Below are positions 61,732 to 64,000 of a stretch of 64,000 nucleotides of DNA, piece by piece. Position numbers and translations under genes: made by a program. Numbering within the stretch: the first letter of the stretch is position 1; each line of letters starts with the position of its first letter. The notes under the pieces were generated by a model. The model ran no database searches and was not told the origin of the DNA. It saw only the letters and a program-made list of their open reading frames with translations. The DNA comes from Lingula anatina (Eukaryota > Animalia > Brachiopoda), in assembly GCA_051362555.1 (NCBI GenBank), contig CM120647.1:18638651-18702650 (forward strand), written 5' to 3'.

Positions 61732-64000
61732 GTTTTTTTTTTCACTGTCTGAATCCGCTACATTCACGAGTATGAAACAAGATTTCATTTATATTTCTGA
61801 GATCATTCCATCTGTTTTGAAAAAATTTATATTCTTCATATGAGATATACAGAGACCTTTCAGGAAAAATATAACTTTTTGGACTTTCCATGCCCGGCCT
61901 GTATCTTTTGCAACGTATTTTATAAGTATATTGTCTATGCTAATAAAATATGGTATTGACATTATTTCTGCAGAGCATGTTGTTGGCTTTACATAAATTA
62001 TACTCTCTACAAGAGACAAAAATGGATTTTCTCCAGATATTCTTTACTGAACTGCACAGCGAAAATTTTTGGTGGCTTTCATCAAGTTAAATCCCGCCGT
62101 CCATATCCTGCACTGGCGTCGACCTCATGATGATAATAATAATATAATGATGATGAAGGAGGCGATGACAATGACTATGGTGATGTCTGCTCACCTGCCG
62201 AACCCAAATTATATTAAATTCAACACTGTTTCCTCTTCAGCCTTTAATTATCTTATCTATTTAGCTTAAGGCCTGCGCTTGCTCTGTAATTAAGACTATG
62301 CACTTTTAAGTTCGTGAGCTTAATTTGTATGATATAACACGTTATCATTTTCTGTATATTGTTCTTTACTTAAGGCTTACTTAATTAAGCCACAGTTAGC
62401 CTACATCGGGCATACTGTCCATTGTCCACTCTCACAAATATGTATAGGCCTAAGAAAAACACCATAAACGGCTGTTAATATTGAAAGTCCAAGTTTTCTA
62501 TCAAATATTGTCAAAGGTTTAACTCTGAAGGGGGTGAAAAACTTGAAAATTAATTTCTTCCAAGAGAATTAAAAAAATGTATAAAGAAAAAAAAATAATA
62601 CTCGGTTTCCATATTGAGTCAACCCGCCACGCAGGCCTCACTTTGGGGGGGGGGGGGGGGGGGGGGGAGGGGGGGGGGCATTCATTTTAAGCATCATTTC
62701 CACAAGTCTACAAACCGTACCTTCCACATACGCTTTTGAAATATAATAAATATGATGAGTCAATTTACGGTCAAAACCGCTCAATTTAAGCTATTTTGAC
62801 GCTTTTTACCTCGTATTCTTTGAAGGGAGATGGTCTGGAAATGTCTACTGTTTGTAGACTTATGCAAATGATAAGAACGGACCACTACTTGAGTAAACTT
62901 GTAGCAGAAACACTCAGTAGACCCTAATGTCCCGACCACTATTAGAAATAGGCACTGTGTTGGCGCTGTATCATTCTACAGACCCTACTTTTTGTCGTAG
63001 TTTTAGTGCTTCCATGTCTCAGCGTGCGATAGTTGCACTTATCTTGTATTGCGACAGTTGGGCAAACTTCTCCCTTAGTAGCTCAACCAAGCAATCCAGA
63101 CAGCCAGATGTGACGTTGCTGAAATATTTGGTAATAAGACCGTCGTAAATATAGGCCTACTGATCGAGCCTGTTCGCCAAGTGATCAATAATTCCAGTTC
63201 TTTGAACGTAAACAATATTTGTTCTTTTTTTTTTTTTGCTTTACACGTTATAAAGATATAAGCTTGGGCAAAATGTTCATTGTTTAAAGAAGAACGACGC
63301 CAACAGCGCCTCAATCATGAAGGAAATGCCTTGGTGAAAAAGTCTTCGTTTATACGACCCGGGGTTCTACCTTGTTACAACTAATTGTTTATGAATTGAT
63401 ATTTATTACCATATTTTCCTTTATTGCAATTTAAACACAAGTATAATGGCCTGGGTCCGATAACAATCTGAGAACGTTACACCGGATATTCTCTTGAACT
63501 CCGTGGAAACCGTCGGTGTTTCCCCGAACAATTGATGGTAGTGTACAAATATGATTCCGCGAGTAAATCGCCCAAGAAAATTTGAACGGTATGCACTTAT
63601 TATTTTTGTTAAAAATTTTCAAACTTCTACTGTTGTATTTAAACGAAAATACTTACTGTTTTCCAAACAATGTCAAACTGAAGAATCTACAACACATTGT
63701 TTTTACGGCACTATTTGACCGTTGGTCAGGCGCATGAATTTGCTGACGTTTCAATATAAAATTCGAGCACTACTTCCGTTCTCCCCTCACATTTCATATT
63801 TCATTGAAATAGGTGTGTTGTGTGATAAGTTCTTTCACACAACCACACAAAAATATTGTTATTATTTACTAAAAACTTTAAAAAATACACAAAAAAATTA
63901 CAAAATCGAAAAAAACTTTAGAAAAAGGAGAAAAGCAGAGAAACGGAGTTTTATTCGACGACGCAAGGAGTAAACTTAGAAGATCAAAATGAATCCAGCT

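Noticed and set aside
46900-64000. Short 60-110 aa ORFs in the last 17 kb as genes
   Set aside because: No recognisable domains or consistent exon chains; expected by chance in AT-rich, repeat-rich DNA.

Overview
AT-rich, intron-rich animal genomic DNA, probably an invertebrate, with many (CA)n, (GA)n and (AAT)n microsatellites. Four spliced genes were reconstructed by hand with consistent intron phases. ZC2HC1A (minus, 8866-17896) lies head-to-head with the pseudophosphatase MTMR9 (plus, 21212-27939). An MS4A/CD20-like four-TM gene (minus, 30511-35848) and an SLC34A type II Na/Pi cotransporter (minus, 40250-46204, N-terminus not located) follow. The first 7.7 kb is probably the last intron and terminal exon of an unidentified plus-strand gene. 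That intron is filled by ~31 copies of a 126-bp satellite that appears to be built from the gene's own 3' splice site, exon start and 3' UTR, minus the poly(A) signal. A 3.5-kb non-autonomous Helentron-type element with its own internal tandem array has inserted into the satellite. Duplicated splice junctions recur in the window, most clearly as seven tandem copies of the MTMR9 exon 12 donor. ZC2HC1A also has a candidate 1248-nt in-frame cassette exon and a 12-nt microexon. The last ~18 kb has no recognisable gene, only MITEs, a foldback element and simple repeats.
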